From Deltaproteobacteria bacterium (GTDB lineage Bacteria; Desulfobacterota; BSN033; UBA1163): a stretch of DNA of 64,000 nucleotides. Location of the stretch: NCBI GenBank assembly GCA_037444165.1, contig JBBIMX010000005.1:2679-66678 (forward strand), in the 5' to 3' direction. Both the position numbers and the translations under genes were made by a program. Positions 30,027 to 39,202 of this stretch are shown one piece after another. The notes under the pieces are model-generated. The model was not told where the DNA came from, searched no databases, and was given only the letters and a program-made list of their open reading frames with translations. Every line of letters begins with the position of its first letter. Position 1 is the stretch's first letter.

Positions 30027-30797
30027 ATGCCCGAAACCTTTCCTTTGGAAAAAGGGGTTCCAAAATATATTCAGATCAGTCAATGGCTTCAGGAGATGAT
30101 TCAAAAGGGGCGGTATCGTATTCATGACAAGCTCCCCTCTGAATCGAAACTGGCTGAGTTGTTCCAGGTCAATCGCAATACGGTTCGTCAGGCCATTTCG
30201 GACCTGGTAGGGAAGGGATTGATCCAGAAGAAGAACGGAGTCGGATCCTTTGTTATCGCTCAATCTCAACGGCCGGTGAAATATACCCTTCAGCATATCT
30301 CCAGCTTCACGGACGATATGATCCGGATGGGTTTGAAGCCCCAAACCAAATTGATAGGAAAGTTGGTTCTGAAAGCCCCTCTTGAAGTGGCTGAAAAGTT
30401 GATGTTGGGCCGGGATAAGAAGGTCATCTTGACCGAGAGGCTTCGTTTGGGGGATGGAGTTCCCTTGGTTCTCGAGAGAAGCTATCTCCCCTACGAGGAG
30501 TTTAAAGAGATTCTCAAGATGCGACTCACGGGTTCCCTCTATCATCTCCTGACCAAAAAATTTAAGGTAGAACTCCATCGATCCATCCAGACCTTTCGTG
30601 CCGTTTCGCTTTCAGAAGAGGATGCGAAGGCTTTAGAGGTCCCTCCTCACTCTCCTGCGATCTTTCTCGAGAGTGTCATCTACGATTCAAAGAATATTCC
30701 GGTAGAGGTCCTCCACGCGATTCATCGAGGAGATAAATATGTCTTTGAGGTCGAATCCGGCCGGTATCGATATGATCTCAAAGAATCGATTCAATGA
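30027..30797 (+). CDS. GntR-family transcriptional regulator, HutC subfamily (wHTH + UTRA)
   Basis: KLPSESKLAELFQVNRNTVRQAISDLVGKGLIQKKNGVGSFV followed by a UTRA-like domain of about 170 aa. ATG 30027 lies after a GGAGGG SD. Confidence 0.85.
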   Translation: MPETFPLEKGVPKYIQISQWLQEMIQKGRYRIHDKLPSESKLAELFQVNRNTVRQAISDLVGKGLIQKKNGVGSFVIAQSQRPVKYTLQHISSFTDDMIRMGLKPQTKLIGKLVLKAPLEVAEKLMLGRDKKVILTERLRLGDGVPLVLERSYLPYEEFKEILKMRLTGSLYHLLTKKFKVELHRSIQTFRAVSLSEEDAKALEVPPHSPAIFLESVIYDSKNIPVEVLHAIHRGDKYVFEVESGRYRYDLKESIQ

Positions 30798-30874
30798 ACT
30801 CTGACCATTGAATGAATAATATTTTTGGATCCATTGTTTCAGAAGAATTGGAGTGGGATTCCAGTCGAATTTTC

Positions 30875-30899
30875 CAGAGGTCTCCTTTAGAGACCTCTG
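30875..30899. other. perfect 10-bp hairpin downstream of the GntR gene
   Basis: CAGAGGTCTC-CTTTA-GAGACCTCTG. There is no clear T-run on either strand, so it may be a weak terminator or a processing site. Confidence 0.4.
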
Positions 30900-31045
30900 A
30901 AAAAGTATTTAAAACGTATTTTTATAGACTGGGGAGGTGGTGTGGAGAGGCATTCGAAGGGTTTGGAACCCTACCTCCCCAGTCTTTCTATGACTTTTTC
31001 AGAGCTCTCCTTTAACCCTCTTGACAAAGATGAGGAATCTTGTTA

Positions 31046-31067
31046 CCTGTATAGATAGCTAATCAGC
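31046..31067 (+). promoter_or_regulatory. 22-bp operator-like motif, site 3 (24 nt upstream of the aminotransferase start)
   Basis: CCTGTATAGATAGCTAATCAGC. A TTGACA box lies at 31021-31026, but no well-spaced -10 is present. Confidence 0.45.
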
Positions 31068-31090
31068 AATTTTATTTCAAGGAGGCGGAT

Positions 31091-32203
31091 ATGGTCGATT
31101 TGAAAAGGTTTTTGGTTCCCTGGATTGATCAGGTTACTCCCTACGGAACGGAAGATATTCTTCTGGCCTGGTCCAAACCAGAGCTCAAACGGATGATGGT
31201 TAATGAGAATCCCATCCCTCCCTCTGAAAAGGTGATTCGAGCCATTACAGAGGCGGCAAGGATGGGGAATCGCTATCCAGACAACGGTCCCCGGCTTCGA
31301 GCCAAAATCGCAAAGCGCTACGACCTGAGCCCAGAGAATGTCTATCTCAGTCACGGTTCTTCGGAGATCATCGATATGGTCATGAGGCTTTTCATGACTC
31401 CTGGCGATGAGGTGCTCCTTCCCAACCCTACTTTCTCCCTCTATGGGATAAGAGCCAGGGCCGTAGGAGGGAAAGTGGTCGCTATCGATATGACGCCGGA
31501 CCTTCAGTATGACGTCCCAGCCATGCTCCGGGCAGTGACTCCAAGGACGAAAGTCATCATTGTTTGCACTCCGAACAATCCCACCGGAGATTTTATCTCG
31601 GATGAGGATTTACAGAAACTGGTCGATCTTGGAATTCCTACGCTGATCGATGAGGCCTATCTCGAATATCATCCAGAGCATGAATCCAAAGCCCCTTTGA
31701 TTCGAAAATATAATCACGTCATTGTGGCCCATACCTTTTCAAAGGCCTTTGGAATGGCCGGGATTCGATTTGGTTATGCCTTGGCGGATGAAACGATGAT
31801 TCAATATTTTCGCAAGATGCAGATCCCTTGGAATACAACCCTTCTTTCCATGGCGGCTGCGGAGGCGGCCCTCGATGAAGAGGAGGAGTTAAGAAAGAAG
31901 GCGGCTTATAATAATGCAGGAGTGGAGTATGTCGTAAAAGAGCTTTCTAAGATTCCGGGGCTAAGACCTTACTATTCTCATGGGAATTATGTTCTCATCG
32001 ATGCGACCGATGCCGGAGTGACCGGAAAGGAGGTCGTCGATTATGTGTTTGAAAAGGCAGGAGTGATCCTCAAAGCCTTCGCCCCTTTGAGAGGAAGAGA
32101 GGGATTCTTTCGAATCAGCTTAGGGACCCATGAAGAAAACTCGATCTGTGTTTCAGCCATAAAACGATTTTTCGAAAATCGAAAGAAGGAGAGAGAGGAA
32201 TGA
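31091..32203 (+). CDS. class I/II PLP aminotransferase, HisC/CobD-like
   Basis: NENPIPPS, NPNNPTG-type CTPNNPTGDF, DEAYLEY, PLP-lysine context HTFSKAFGMAGIRFGY. Confidence 0.8.
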   Translation: MVDLKRFLVPWIDQVTPYGTEDILLAWSKPELKRMMVNENPIPPSEKVIRAITEAARMGNRYPDNGPRLRAKIAKRYDLSPENVYLSHGSSEIIDMVMRLFMTPGDEVLLPNPTFSLYGIRARAVGGKVVAIDMTPDLQYDVPAMLRAVTPRTKVIIVCTPNNPTGDFISDEDLQKLVDLGIPTLIDEAYLEYHPEHESKAPLIRKYNHVIVAHTFSKAFGMAGIRFGYALADETMIQYFRKMQIPWNTTLLSMAAAEAALDEEEELRKKAAYNNAGVEYVVKELSKIPGLRPYYSHGNYVLIDATDAGVTGKEVVDYVFEKAGVILKAFAPLRGREGFFRISLGTHEENSICVSAIKRFFENRKKEREE

Positions 32204-33393
32204 AGAAGAGTCCTTTTGAAAAACTGATGGAGACCCACCCCGGCGTGGAGATCTGGTGGGATTCTTCTCCGCTGATCTATGAAACCTGGATGGAGGGTTT
32301 TCTCAAGAAGGTTTCTTCCCAGAGGGTTGACGTATTAAGGGAACAGCTCAGGAGACTCTTCGATTCCGAGCATCCAGAAAGGGCCCTCTTTCGAGGGGTA
32401 ACCACCAATCCCCCTCTCTCCCTGAATGTGATCAAGATGAGAGAACCCTTTGTTTCTGAGATCGTGGATCGGCTCATTGATGAAGATCCGAAGATAGAGC
32501 CGGAACCCCTTTTCTGGAGGACGTATAAAGAGCTTGTCCGAAGGGGGGCAGAGATGTACCTTGGGGTATTTGAAGCCTCGAGATATCGATATGGATATCT
32601 TTCCGGACAGGTCGATCCTCGAAACCTACACCATAAAGAGAAGATGGTGGCTCAGGCTTTAGAACTGGCAAGTCTCAGTCCCAATGTGATGATCAAGGTC
32701 CCAGGGAGTCGGGAAGGTTATGAGGTAATCAAGATTCTTACCTCCAAAGGGATCTCCACCAATAATACACTCACCTTTATTCTTCCTCAACTCATTGCCT
32801 GTGCCAGGGCCGTCAAGGAAGGTGTGGAGATTGCGAAAAAGAATGGGGTCGACTTAACGAAGTGGCGATCTGTCATCACCCATATGACTGCCCGATATGG
32901 AGATCTGGGCACCCTTCGAAAAGAGGCTGACTCTCTGGGAATCGAGTTGACAGAGGGGGATGTTCGTTGGGCCGAGATCGCTATCTTCAAAAGGGCCTAT
33001 CGTTTCCTGAAAGAGGGAGATTATCCCAGCAAGATGCTCATCTGTTCGATGAGGATCAGCCCGGTGGTGGATGGGAGAAAGTACTGCTGGCATCTGGAGA
33101 AGCTGGCAGGAGGGGATATCGTTTTTACCTGTCCTCCTCCTTTTATTGAAGGCGTTTTTGAATCGCTGGATGGGATAGAGTTTCGTCCCCAGATCGAAGA
33201 GGAGGTTCCCAAGGAGGTCTTGGATAAACTCTTACGGATCCCCTATTTTGAACGGGCTTATCGAGAGGATGGGTATACCCCGGAAGAATTTAATTCCCAT
33301 CCTGCCATGATGGCTACGGCCAACGAGTTTTCTAAGGCCACCGAAGCCATGGTCGAATTTGTAGCCAAACGTCTGAGCTTAAGACGGAAATGA
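32200..33393 (+). CDS. transaldolase/FSA-family protein (long, 397 aa)
   Basis: VEIWWDSS, FRGVTTNPP, MIKVPGS (Schiff-base lysine region), ISTNNTLTF. ATGA overlap with the aminotransferase stop. Confidence 0.7.
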   Translation: MKKSPFEKLMETHPGVEIWWDSSPLIYETWMEGFLKKVSSQRVDVLREQLRRLFDSEHPERALFRGVTTNPPLSLNVIKMREPFVSEIVDRLIDEDPKIEPEPLFWRTYKELVRRGAEMYLGVFEASRYRYGYLSGQVDPRNLHHKEKMVAQALELASLSPNVMIKVPGSREGYEVIKILTSKGISTNNTLTFILPQLIACARAVKEGVEIAKKNGVDLTKWRSVITHMTARYGDLGTLRKEADSLGIELTEGDVRWAEIAIFKRAYRFLKEGDYPSKMLICSMRISPVVDGRKYCWHLEKLAGGDIVFTCPPPFIEGVFESLDGIEFRPQIEEEVPKEVLDKLLRIPYFERAYREDGYTPEEFNSHPAMMATANEFSKATEAMVEFVAKRLSLRRK

Positions 33394-33401
33394 GGGGAAA
33401 G

Positions 33402-34520
33402 ATGATCATCGGGATTCCAAAAGAGATCAAAACCGGAGAAAAGAGAGTGGCGATCACTCCCAGTGGAGTGGATGCCCTGGTTGCTCATCGCCACCGAGTC
33501 CTGATAGAGAGGGGTGCAGGGGAAGGAAGCGGATTTACGGATCAGGAATATCTCCAAGCAGGGGCTATCCTAATAGGAGAGGCAAAGGCGATCTGGGAAG
33601 AAGCGGAGATGATCGTTAAGGTGAAGGAGCCGATTGAATCAGAATATCCATTCTTAAAACCTGGACAGATCATATTTACCTATCTTCATCTGGCAGCCAA
33701 CCCGGGTTTAACCCGTCAATTATTGGATTCTGGGGTCATCGGGATTGGGTACGAAACGGTCCAAACTCGAGACGGTTCTCTTCCCCTGTTGAGGCCTATG
33801 AGCGAGATTGCAGGGAGGGCATCCCTTCTGGCAGGTGGGATGTGCCTGGAGTCAAGACACGGTGGCAGAGGGGTTCTTATCTGTGGCGCCTCGGGTGTTC
33901 CTCCTGCCAAAGTCGTGATCCTTGGGGCAGGGGTAGTGGGAACGAATGCCTGTAAAGTGGCTGTGGGAATGGGGGCCCGTGTTTCTATCCTCGATATTTA
34001 TCCCGAACGGCTGAGCTATATCCATGACATCACTCAAGGGCATGTGACCACATTCATCTCTAACCGAATGACCATAGGGGAAGAGATCATGGATGCAGAC
34101 CTGGTGATTGGGGCTGTCCTTATCCCTGGGGCTCAGGCACCGAAATTGGTCAGCCGCGAGATGTTGAGGAGGATGCGCCCAGGGTCAGCCGTTGTGGATG
34201 TTTCTGTGGATCAGGGAGGTTGTTTCGAGACTACCCGACCCACCACTCATGAGAATCCTATTTATATTGAAGAGGGGATTGTCCATTACTGTGTCACCAA
34301 TATGCCTGGAATATATCCAAGAACGGCTACGCTTGCCCTGACTCACGCCACGATCCCCTATATTCTCCAATTGGCAGAACAAGGTCTTGAAAAGGCCATG
34401 AAAGAAAATGAGGCTTTAAGAAGAGGGCTCAATCTCATTCACGGGGAGCTGGTGTGTGAAGGGGTGGCAAAAAGCTTAGGGTTTCCTTTAGCCCCTAATC
34501 CTTTCTCTCCGATTTCTTGA
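33402..34520 (+). CDS. ald: alanine dehydrogenase
   Basis: MIIGIPKEIKTGEKRVAITP, PLLRPMSEIAGR, Rossmann motif ILGAGVVGTNA. The ORF-track ATG 33390 overlaps the upstream stop (ATGA); ATG 33402 has a GAGGGGA SD. Confidence 0.9.
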   Translation: MIIGIPKEIKTGEKRVAITPSGVDALVAHRHRVLIERGAGEGSGFTDQEYLQAGAILIGEAKAIWEEAEMIVKVKEPIESEYPFLKPGQIIFTYLHLAANPGLTRQLLDSGVIGIGYETVQTRDGSLPLLRPMSEIAGRASLLAGGMCLESRHGGRGVLICGASGVPPAKVVILGAGVVGTNACKVAVGMGARVSILDIYPERLSYIHDITQGHVTTFISNRMTIGEEIMDADLVIGAVLIPGAQAPKLVSREMLRRMRPGSAVVDVSVDQGGCFETTRPTTHENPIYIEEGIVHYCVTNMPGIYPRTATLALTHATIPYILQLAEQGLEKAMKENEALRRGLNLIHGELVCEGVAKSLGFPLAPNPFSPIS

Positions 34521-34602
34521 AAATTCCTCCCTGATATGGTAAAGGCTCTTAGTTAAAGAAGAGGATTTCCCTCTATCCTTCCTTTCTGAGAGAGCTAACT
34601 CC

Positions 34603-35286
34603 TTGAACTTCAGAAGACTGATCGTTGCCATTGACGGTCCCTCGGGTGCAGGAAAGAGCACCGTGGCCAAGGCCCTGGCTAAACGATTAGGCTATCAATA
34701 TATCGATACTGGGGCCATGTATCGAGCTGTGGCCTGGAAGGCAAAAAGGGCGTCTGTGGACATAGAAGATGAATCGGCCCTTACAGAACTGGCCTCCTCC
34801 CTCCATTTCACCTTTCTCTCGGAAGGAGAGAAGGTCCGTTTTTTCTGCGATCATGAGGAGATCACAGAGGCCATCCGGTCACCTGAAATCGGTCGTCTGG
34901 CCTCAGAGATTTCGAAGAAAAAGGGGGTGAGAGAAGCTCTGGTGGAGAAACAGAGAGAAATGGGCAAGGAAGGAGGGATGGTCTTTGAGGGAAGGGATAT
35001 TGGGACCGTCGTTTTCCCGAAGGCGGATATTAAGTTTTACCTTCATGCAGACGCCGTAGAGAGGGGGAGAAGAAGATTTAAGGAACTTCTGGAAAAAGGA
35101 ATGGACGTGGATTTTGAAGAGACCTTGAAGGAGGTTATCGAGAGGGACCGAAATGATATGAATCGAGAAATCTCCCCCCTGAAGAAGGCAGAGGAGGCTA
35201 TAGAAATTGATTCCACTCATCTCTCTATAGAAGAAGTGGTAGAAGAGATGTATCGTTTGATTTTAGAGAAGATAGGGAAAGAATGA
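34603..35286 (+). CDS. cmk: cytidylate kinase
   Basis: IAIDGPSGAGKSTVAK, IDTGAMYRAV; TTG start. Confidence 0.9.
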   Translation: MNFRRLIVAIDGPSGAGKSTVAKALAKRLGYQYIDTGAMYRAVAWKAKRASVDIEDESALTELASSLHFTFLSEGEKVRFFCDHEEITEAIRSPEIGRLASEISKKKGVREALVEKQREMGKEGGMVFEGRDIGTVVFPKADIKFYLHADAVERGRRRFKELLEKGMDVDFEETLKEVIERDRNDMNREISPLKKAEEAIEIDSTHLSIEEVVEEMYRLILEKIGKE

Positions 35287-36125
35287 GACTGATCGTTGCG
35301 AGATTATCGGGCTTCTGTTTTGGGGTGGAGCGAGCGATGAAGATGGCTCTTCAGGCGGCCAAAAGATCTTCAAAGGATCTTTATACGTTAGGGCCATTGA
35401 TTCATAATCCTCAAGTGGTCACCTCCTTAGAAAGTTTCGGTATTCAACCAAAGGATCGGGTCGAGGAGATCCCACGAGGAACAGTCATCTTTCGTTCCCA
35501 CGGGATTTCAAAAAAGGATTTAGAAAAAGTCAAAGAGAAGGGATTGAACATCATTGACGCCACCTGTCCGATTGTCAAGAAAGCCCATCATGCTGCGAAG
35601 TTTCTGGATCGGAATGGTTATCCTTTGGTCATTGTGGGAGACCCCAAACATCCTGAGGTCGAGGCTATCCGGAGTTATCTTCGTCAAGAGGCGATGGTGG
35701 TGGAGAGCCCGGAAGCCATTACGAAGATAGGGAATTACAGAAAATTAGGGGTGATTGCCCAGACGACCCAAAATTTCGAGGTTTTTAAAAAGGTTGTAAA
35801 GGCATGTCTGGAAAAGGCCATGGAGGTGAGGGTGTTTAATACCCTCTGTCATGCGACAGCCCTTCGACAGAAAGAGGCCATCGAGATAGCCAGAAAGGTG
35901 GATTGTATGATTGTCGTCGGAGGGTATGAGAGTGGAAATACCCAACGATTGGTCCATATCTGCAGAGAGGTTCAACCCAAGACTTATCATATCGAGACAC
36001 CCAAAGATCTGGATCCGGGTTGGTTTAAGAATATCAAAAAAGTAGGTTTGACCACAGGGGCCTCCACGCCTTCCTGGATCGTTCAGGAGGTGGAAAAAGA
36101 GATCCGACGGCGCCATCCTCAATGA
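35283..36125 (+). CDS. ispH: 4-hydroxy-3-methylbut-2-enyl diphosphate reductase
   Basis: GFCFGVERA, TLGPLIHNP, DATCPIV, GGYESGNTQRL. ATGA overlap with cmk. Confidence 0.93.
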   Translation: MRLIVARLSGFCFGVERAMKMALQAAKRSSKDLYTLGPLIHNPQVVTSLESFGIQPKDRVEEIPRGTVIFRSHGISKKDLEKVKEKGLNIIDATCPIVKKAHHAAKFLDRNGYPLVIVGDPKHPEVEAIRSYLRQEAMVVESPEAITKIGNYRKLGVIAQTTQNFEVFKKVVKACLEKAMEVRVFNTLCHATALRQKEAIEIARKVDCMIVVGGYESGNTQRLVHICREVQPKTYHIETPKDLDPGWFKNIKKVGLTTGASTPSWIVQEVEKEIRRRHPQ

Positions 36126-36240
36126 AAGGCAGCCCTATTCCAATGTTTCCCTCCATAGGAAGGGATGAAAAAGGGACCCTCATCCATCATTGAAGGGTGT
36201 AAATATCTATGAGTGGGGGATTGCGGATTAAAAGAAATAT

Positions 36241-36269
36241 TTGTAATTTTTCAAAAGGTATGATATAAA
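36241..36269 (+). promoter_or_regulatory. sigma70-like promoter for rpsA
   Basis: TTGTAA, 17-nt spacer, TATAAA with a TG extended -10. Confidence 0.4.
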
Positions 36270-36298
36270 GTTTAAGTTTTAAAAAGGGGGTTTTTAGG

Positions 36299-38086
36299 AT
36301 GAAAGAAGATCTGATTTCCACAGGAGAAGAGGTCCAATCCACTCCCCCTGTGGAGGCCACAGAGCCAGCAGAAATTTCTGAGACCGAGGAGAAAGAGTCT
36401 CTTCAAACCCTTTATGATGGGACTTTCAAAACCATCGAGGAAGGTCAGATCCTTAAGGGAACCGTGATCGAAATCACTCCTGAGTATGTGACCGTGGATG
36501 TGGGATATAAGTGTGAGGGGCAGATCCCCATTCAGGAATTTCAGAAGAGAAGGAAAGGATTGGACCTGAAGGTTGGGGATAGGATTGATGTCCTGGTGGA
36601 AAGAAAGGATACGGAAGAAGGGGTGATTCTTCTATCAAAAGAGAAAGCGGACAGGGCGAATATCTGGAAGGAGATCACCAAGTCTTTCAGGGATGGCACG
36701 GTCATGGAGGGGGAGGTTGTTTCCAAAGTCAAAGGTGGACTCTCTGTGGATTTAGGTGGCGTAAATGGCTTTCTGCCAGGTTCACAAATTGATCTCAGGC
36801 CGATTCGAAACTTGGATGAATGGGTTGGACAGAGAGTGAGATTTAAGGTCATTAAATTTAATCGAAAAAGAAACAACATTGTTCTTTCCCGCAGGCTCCT
36901 TCTTGAGGAGGAACGTAAGGTTCAAAGGGAAGAGACCCTGAAGAATTTAAAGGAAGGAGATCTTGTGGAAGGGACGGTCAAGAACCTGACCGACTACGGG
37001 GCTTTCATCGATATTGGAGGGGTGGACGGGCTTCTTCATATTACGGATATGAGCTGGGGACGGATCGCTCATCCCTCAGAGAAGCTCTCGGTTGGACAGC
37101 GAGTCAAGGTGAAAGTCCTTCGATATGATCGAGAGAAGGAGAAAATCTCCCTGGGTCTAAAACAGGCTCAACCTGACCCATGGAATTCTGCCCTTGAAAA
37201 GTATCCTCCAGGAACTCGAGTGAAAGGAAAGGCGGTCAATATTACAGATTATGGCGTATTTGTGGAACTGGAAGAAGGGATCGAAGGGCTGGTTCATATC
37301 TCGGAGATGACCTGGAGTAAGAAGTACAAACATCCCTCTAAGATGGTTCAAATTGGGGATCGAGTCGAAGTGATGGTCCTCGATTGTGATCCTGTAAAAC
37401 GACGGATCTCATTAGGAATGAAACAGATCGAACCTAATCCCTGGACCCTTCTTGCCGAAAAGTATCCCGTTGGGACAAAGGTGGTGGGGAAGGTCAAAAC
37501 GATTACCGATTTTGGAATCTTCATCGGAATAGATGAAGAGATCGATGGACTGGTCCATGTCTCTGAAATGTCCTGGACGAAGAAGATCAAACACCCGAGT
37601 GAGCTATTCAAGAAGGGACAGGAAGTAGAGGCAGTCGTGTTAAATATTGATTCGAAGAATGAACGGTTCTCCCTGGGGATTAAACAGCTTACCCCTGATC
37701 CTTGGAAAGAGGTAGATAAACGGTATCGAAAAGGAGATATCGTAACGGGGAAGGTGACCAATGTGACGGATTTTGGCGTGTTTGTAGAACTGGAGGATGG
37801 GATCGAGGGATTGGTTCACGTCTCCGAGATGAGCCGGGAAAAGGTAGGGAAACCGTCCGATGTCGTGAAGGTTGGCGATACGGTCTCGGCTGTGATCATT
37901 CATGTCGATCCTCATGATCGAAGGATCGGGTTGAGCATGAAGGGGTATAAAGAGAAGATCGAGAAAGCGGAGGTTGAAAAATACATCTCCAATCAAGGGC
38001 CCACCGTTCATAGCTTGGGAGCATTGATTCAGGAAGAGATCGAAAAGCGCGCAGAAGGCCTCTCTACCAAGAAGAAGGAAGGTTGA
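36299..38086 (+). CDS. rpsA: 30S ribosomal protein S1
   Basis: 595 aa with six S1 repeats (G.V.G.V...T.FG.FV....GL.H.SE pattern repeated). Confidence 0.95.
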   Translation: MKEDLISTGEEVQSTPPVEATEPAEISETEEKESLQTLYDGTFKTIEEGQILKGTVIEITPEYVTVDVGYKCEGQIPIQEFQKRRKGLDLKVGDRIDVLVERKDTEEGVILLSKEKADRANIWKEITKSFRDGTVMEGEVVSKVKGGLSVDLGGVNGFLPGSQIDLRPIRNLDEWVGQRVRFKVIKFNRKRNNIVLSRRLLLEEERKVQREETLKNLKEGDLVEGTVKNLTDYGAFIDIGGVDGLLHITDMSWGRIAHPSEKLSVGQRVKVKVLRYDREKEKISLGLKQAQPDPWNSALEKYPPGTRVKGKAVNITDYGVFVELEEGIEGLVHISEMTWSKKYKHPSKMVQIGDRVEVMVLDCDPVKRRISLGMKQIEPNPWTLLAEKYPVGTKVVGKVKTITDFGIFIGIDEEIDGLVHVSEMSWTKKIKHPSELFKKGQEVEAVVLNIDSKNERFSLGIKQLTPDPWKEVDKRYRKGDIVTGKVTNVTDFGVFVELEDGIEGLVHVSEMSREKVGKPSDVVKVGDTVSAVIIHVDPHDRRIGLSMKGYKEKIEKAEVEKYISNQGPTVHSLGALIQEEIEKRAEGLSTKKKEG

Positions 38087-38154
38087 TCGCATCCTTCCCC
38101 TCTCCTGAGCATCCTTCTATTGATTCCACTTCTATTGAGTGTTAATTTTTATTC

Positions 38155-39168
38155 ATGAAGCCCTCTCCCCCTCTTATAAAATTGGAAGGGTTTTATGAGA
38201 AGATCGTCACCCATCATGATTTTGATGGGATGATCAGCGCCTCCATCTGTGGATGGGTGTTGAAAATCAGAAAGATCCTTTTCGCCGGACCGTTGGTCAT
38301 CACCCGAAATCAGATCACGATTACAGAAAGAGATGTGGTCTGTGACCTTCCCTATCCTCTCCAGTGTGGCCTTTGGTTTGACCACCATGAAGGAAATCTC
38401 CAGGAATTAGAGTATCGGAGAATCGATCCTTCCTCCATTCCTGGACGATTTGCCCTTAAACCAAGCTGCAGTCGGGTGGTTTACGAATATTTTTCAGAAA
38501 GAGTGGAACTCCCTTCACGATTTTTAGAGGCCGTTGAAGAGGCAGACCGAATTGATAGTTTTTCCTATGAAAGCGTTGAAGAGTGGCGAAAGGAGACCCC
38601 TGGAAGGATCATCGACCTCACCTTGAAAGTCCGTTTCCAGAGCTCGGAGGAGCAGACTCATTATATGAGAAACTTGGTGAGAGAACTAAAAGACCGACCC
38701 ATTGGAGAAGTCGCTCAGCTTGATTTTATCCAGACGCGCTTCCAGCGATATCGAGAGGAAGAGGGTCGCATGCTAAAAATCCTTCAGGATGCCTCCTCTT
38801 TCCTTGAGGAGGATGAGAGGAAGGAGATTGTGGTGATTGATCTTACCCCTTATCATCGGAGGCCCCATCTCATTAAAAACCTTGCTTTTCTTCTCTATCC
38901 CCAGGCCCTCAGTGTGTTAGAGGTCTATAATTTAATGGATCCTCAGGGGGTGAAGAGTAATCATTTGGGCTTTTCCATGTCCCTTTCAATTAATGGGAAC
39001 AGACAGGGAACAAGAAAGAATATTGGTGAGATCATGAGGACCCTAAACATCGGAGATGGCCACCCGGGGGCGGCCTCTGGACAGGTTCGATGCCGGTCGA
39101 AACAGGAGATGCTGAAAAAGAAGAAAGAGGTTTTAAATCAGATCTTTAGGCTCTGGTCAACCCAGTAA
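38155..39168 (+). CDS. DHH/DHHA1-family phosphoesterase (NrnB/COG2404-like)
   Basis: Motif I THHDFDG, motif III FDHHEGN, C-terminal GDGHPGAASG (GGGH..AAG-like DHHA1 motif). Confidence 0.6.
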   Translation: MKPSPPLIKLEGFYEKIVTHHDFDGMISASICGWVLKIRKILFAGPLVITRNQITITERDVVCDLPYPLQCGLWFDHHEGNLQELEYRRIDPSSIPGRFALKPSCSRVVYEYFSERVELPSRFLEAVEEADRIDSFSYESVEEWRKETPGRIIDLTLKVRFQSSEEQTHYMRNLVRELKDRPIGEVAQLDFIQTRFQRYREEEGRMLKILQDASSFLEEDERKEIVVIDLTPYHRRPHLIKNLAFLLYPQALSVLEVYNLMDPQGVKSNHLGFSMSLSINGNRQGTRKNIGEIMRTLNIGDGHPGAASGQVRCRSKQEMLKKKKEVLNQIFRLWSTQ

Positions 39169-39202
39169 ATCTTATTTATCCCAATCTTCGGAGGCCCTTT
39201 TC

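Noticed and set aside
30812-31015. 67-aa ORF in the GntR-aminotransferase intergenic region
   Set aside because: It has no SD and no recognisable fold. It runs straight through a perfect 10-bp hairpin (30875-30899) and stops 6 nt before the TTGACA box that precedes operator site 3. The region is better explained as regulatory or terminator DNA.
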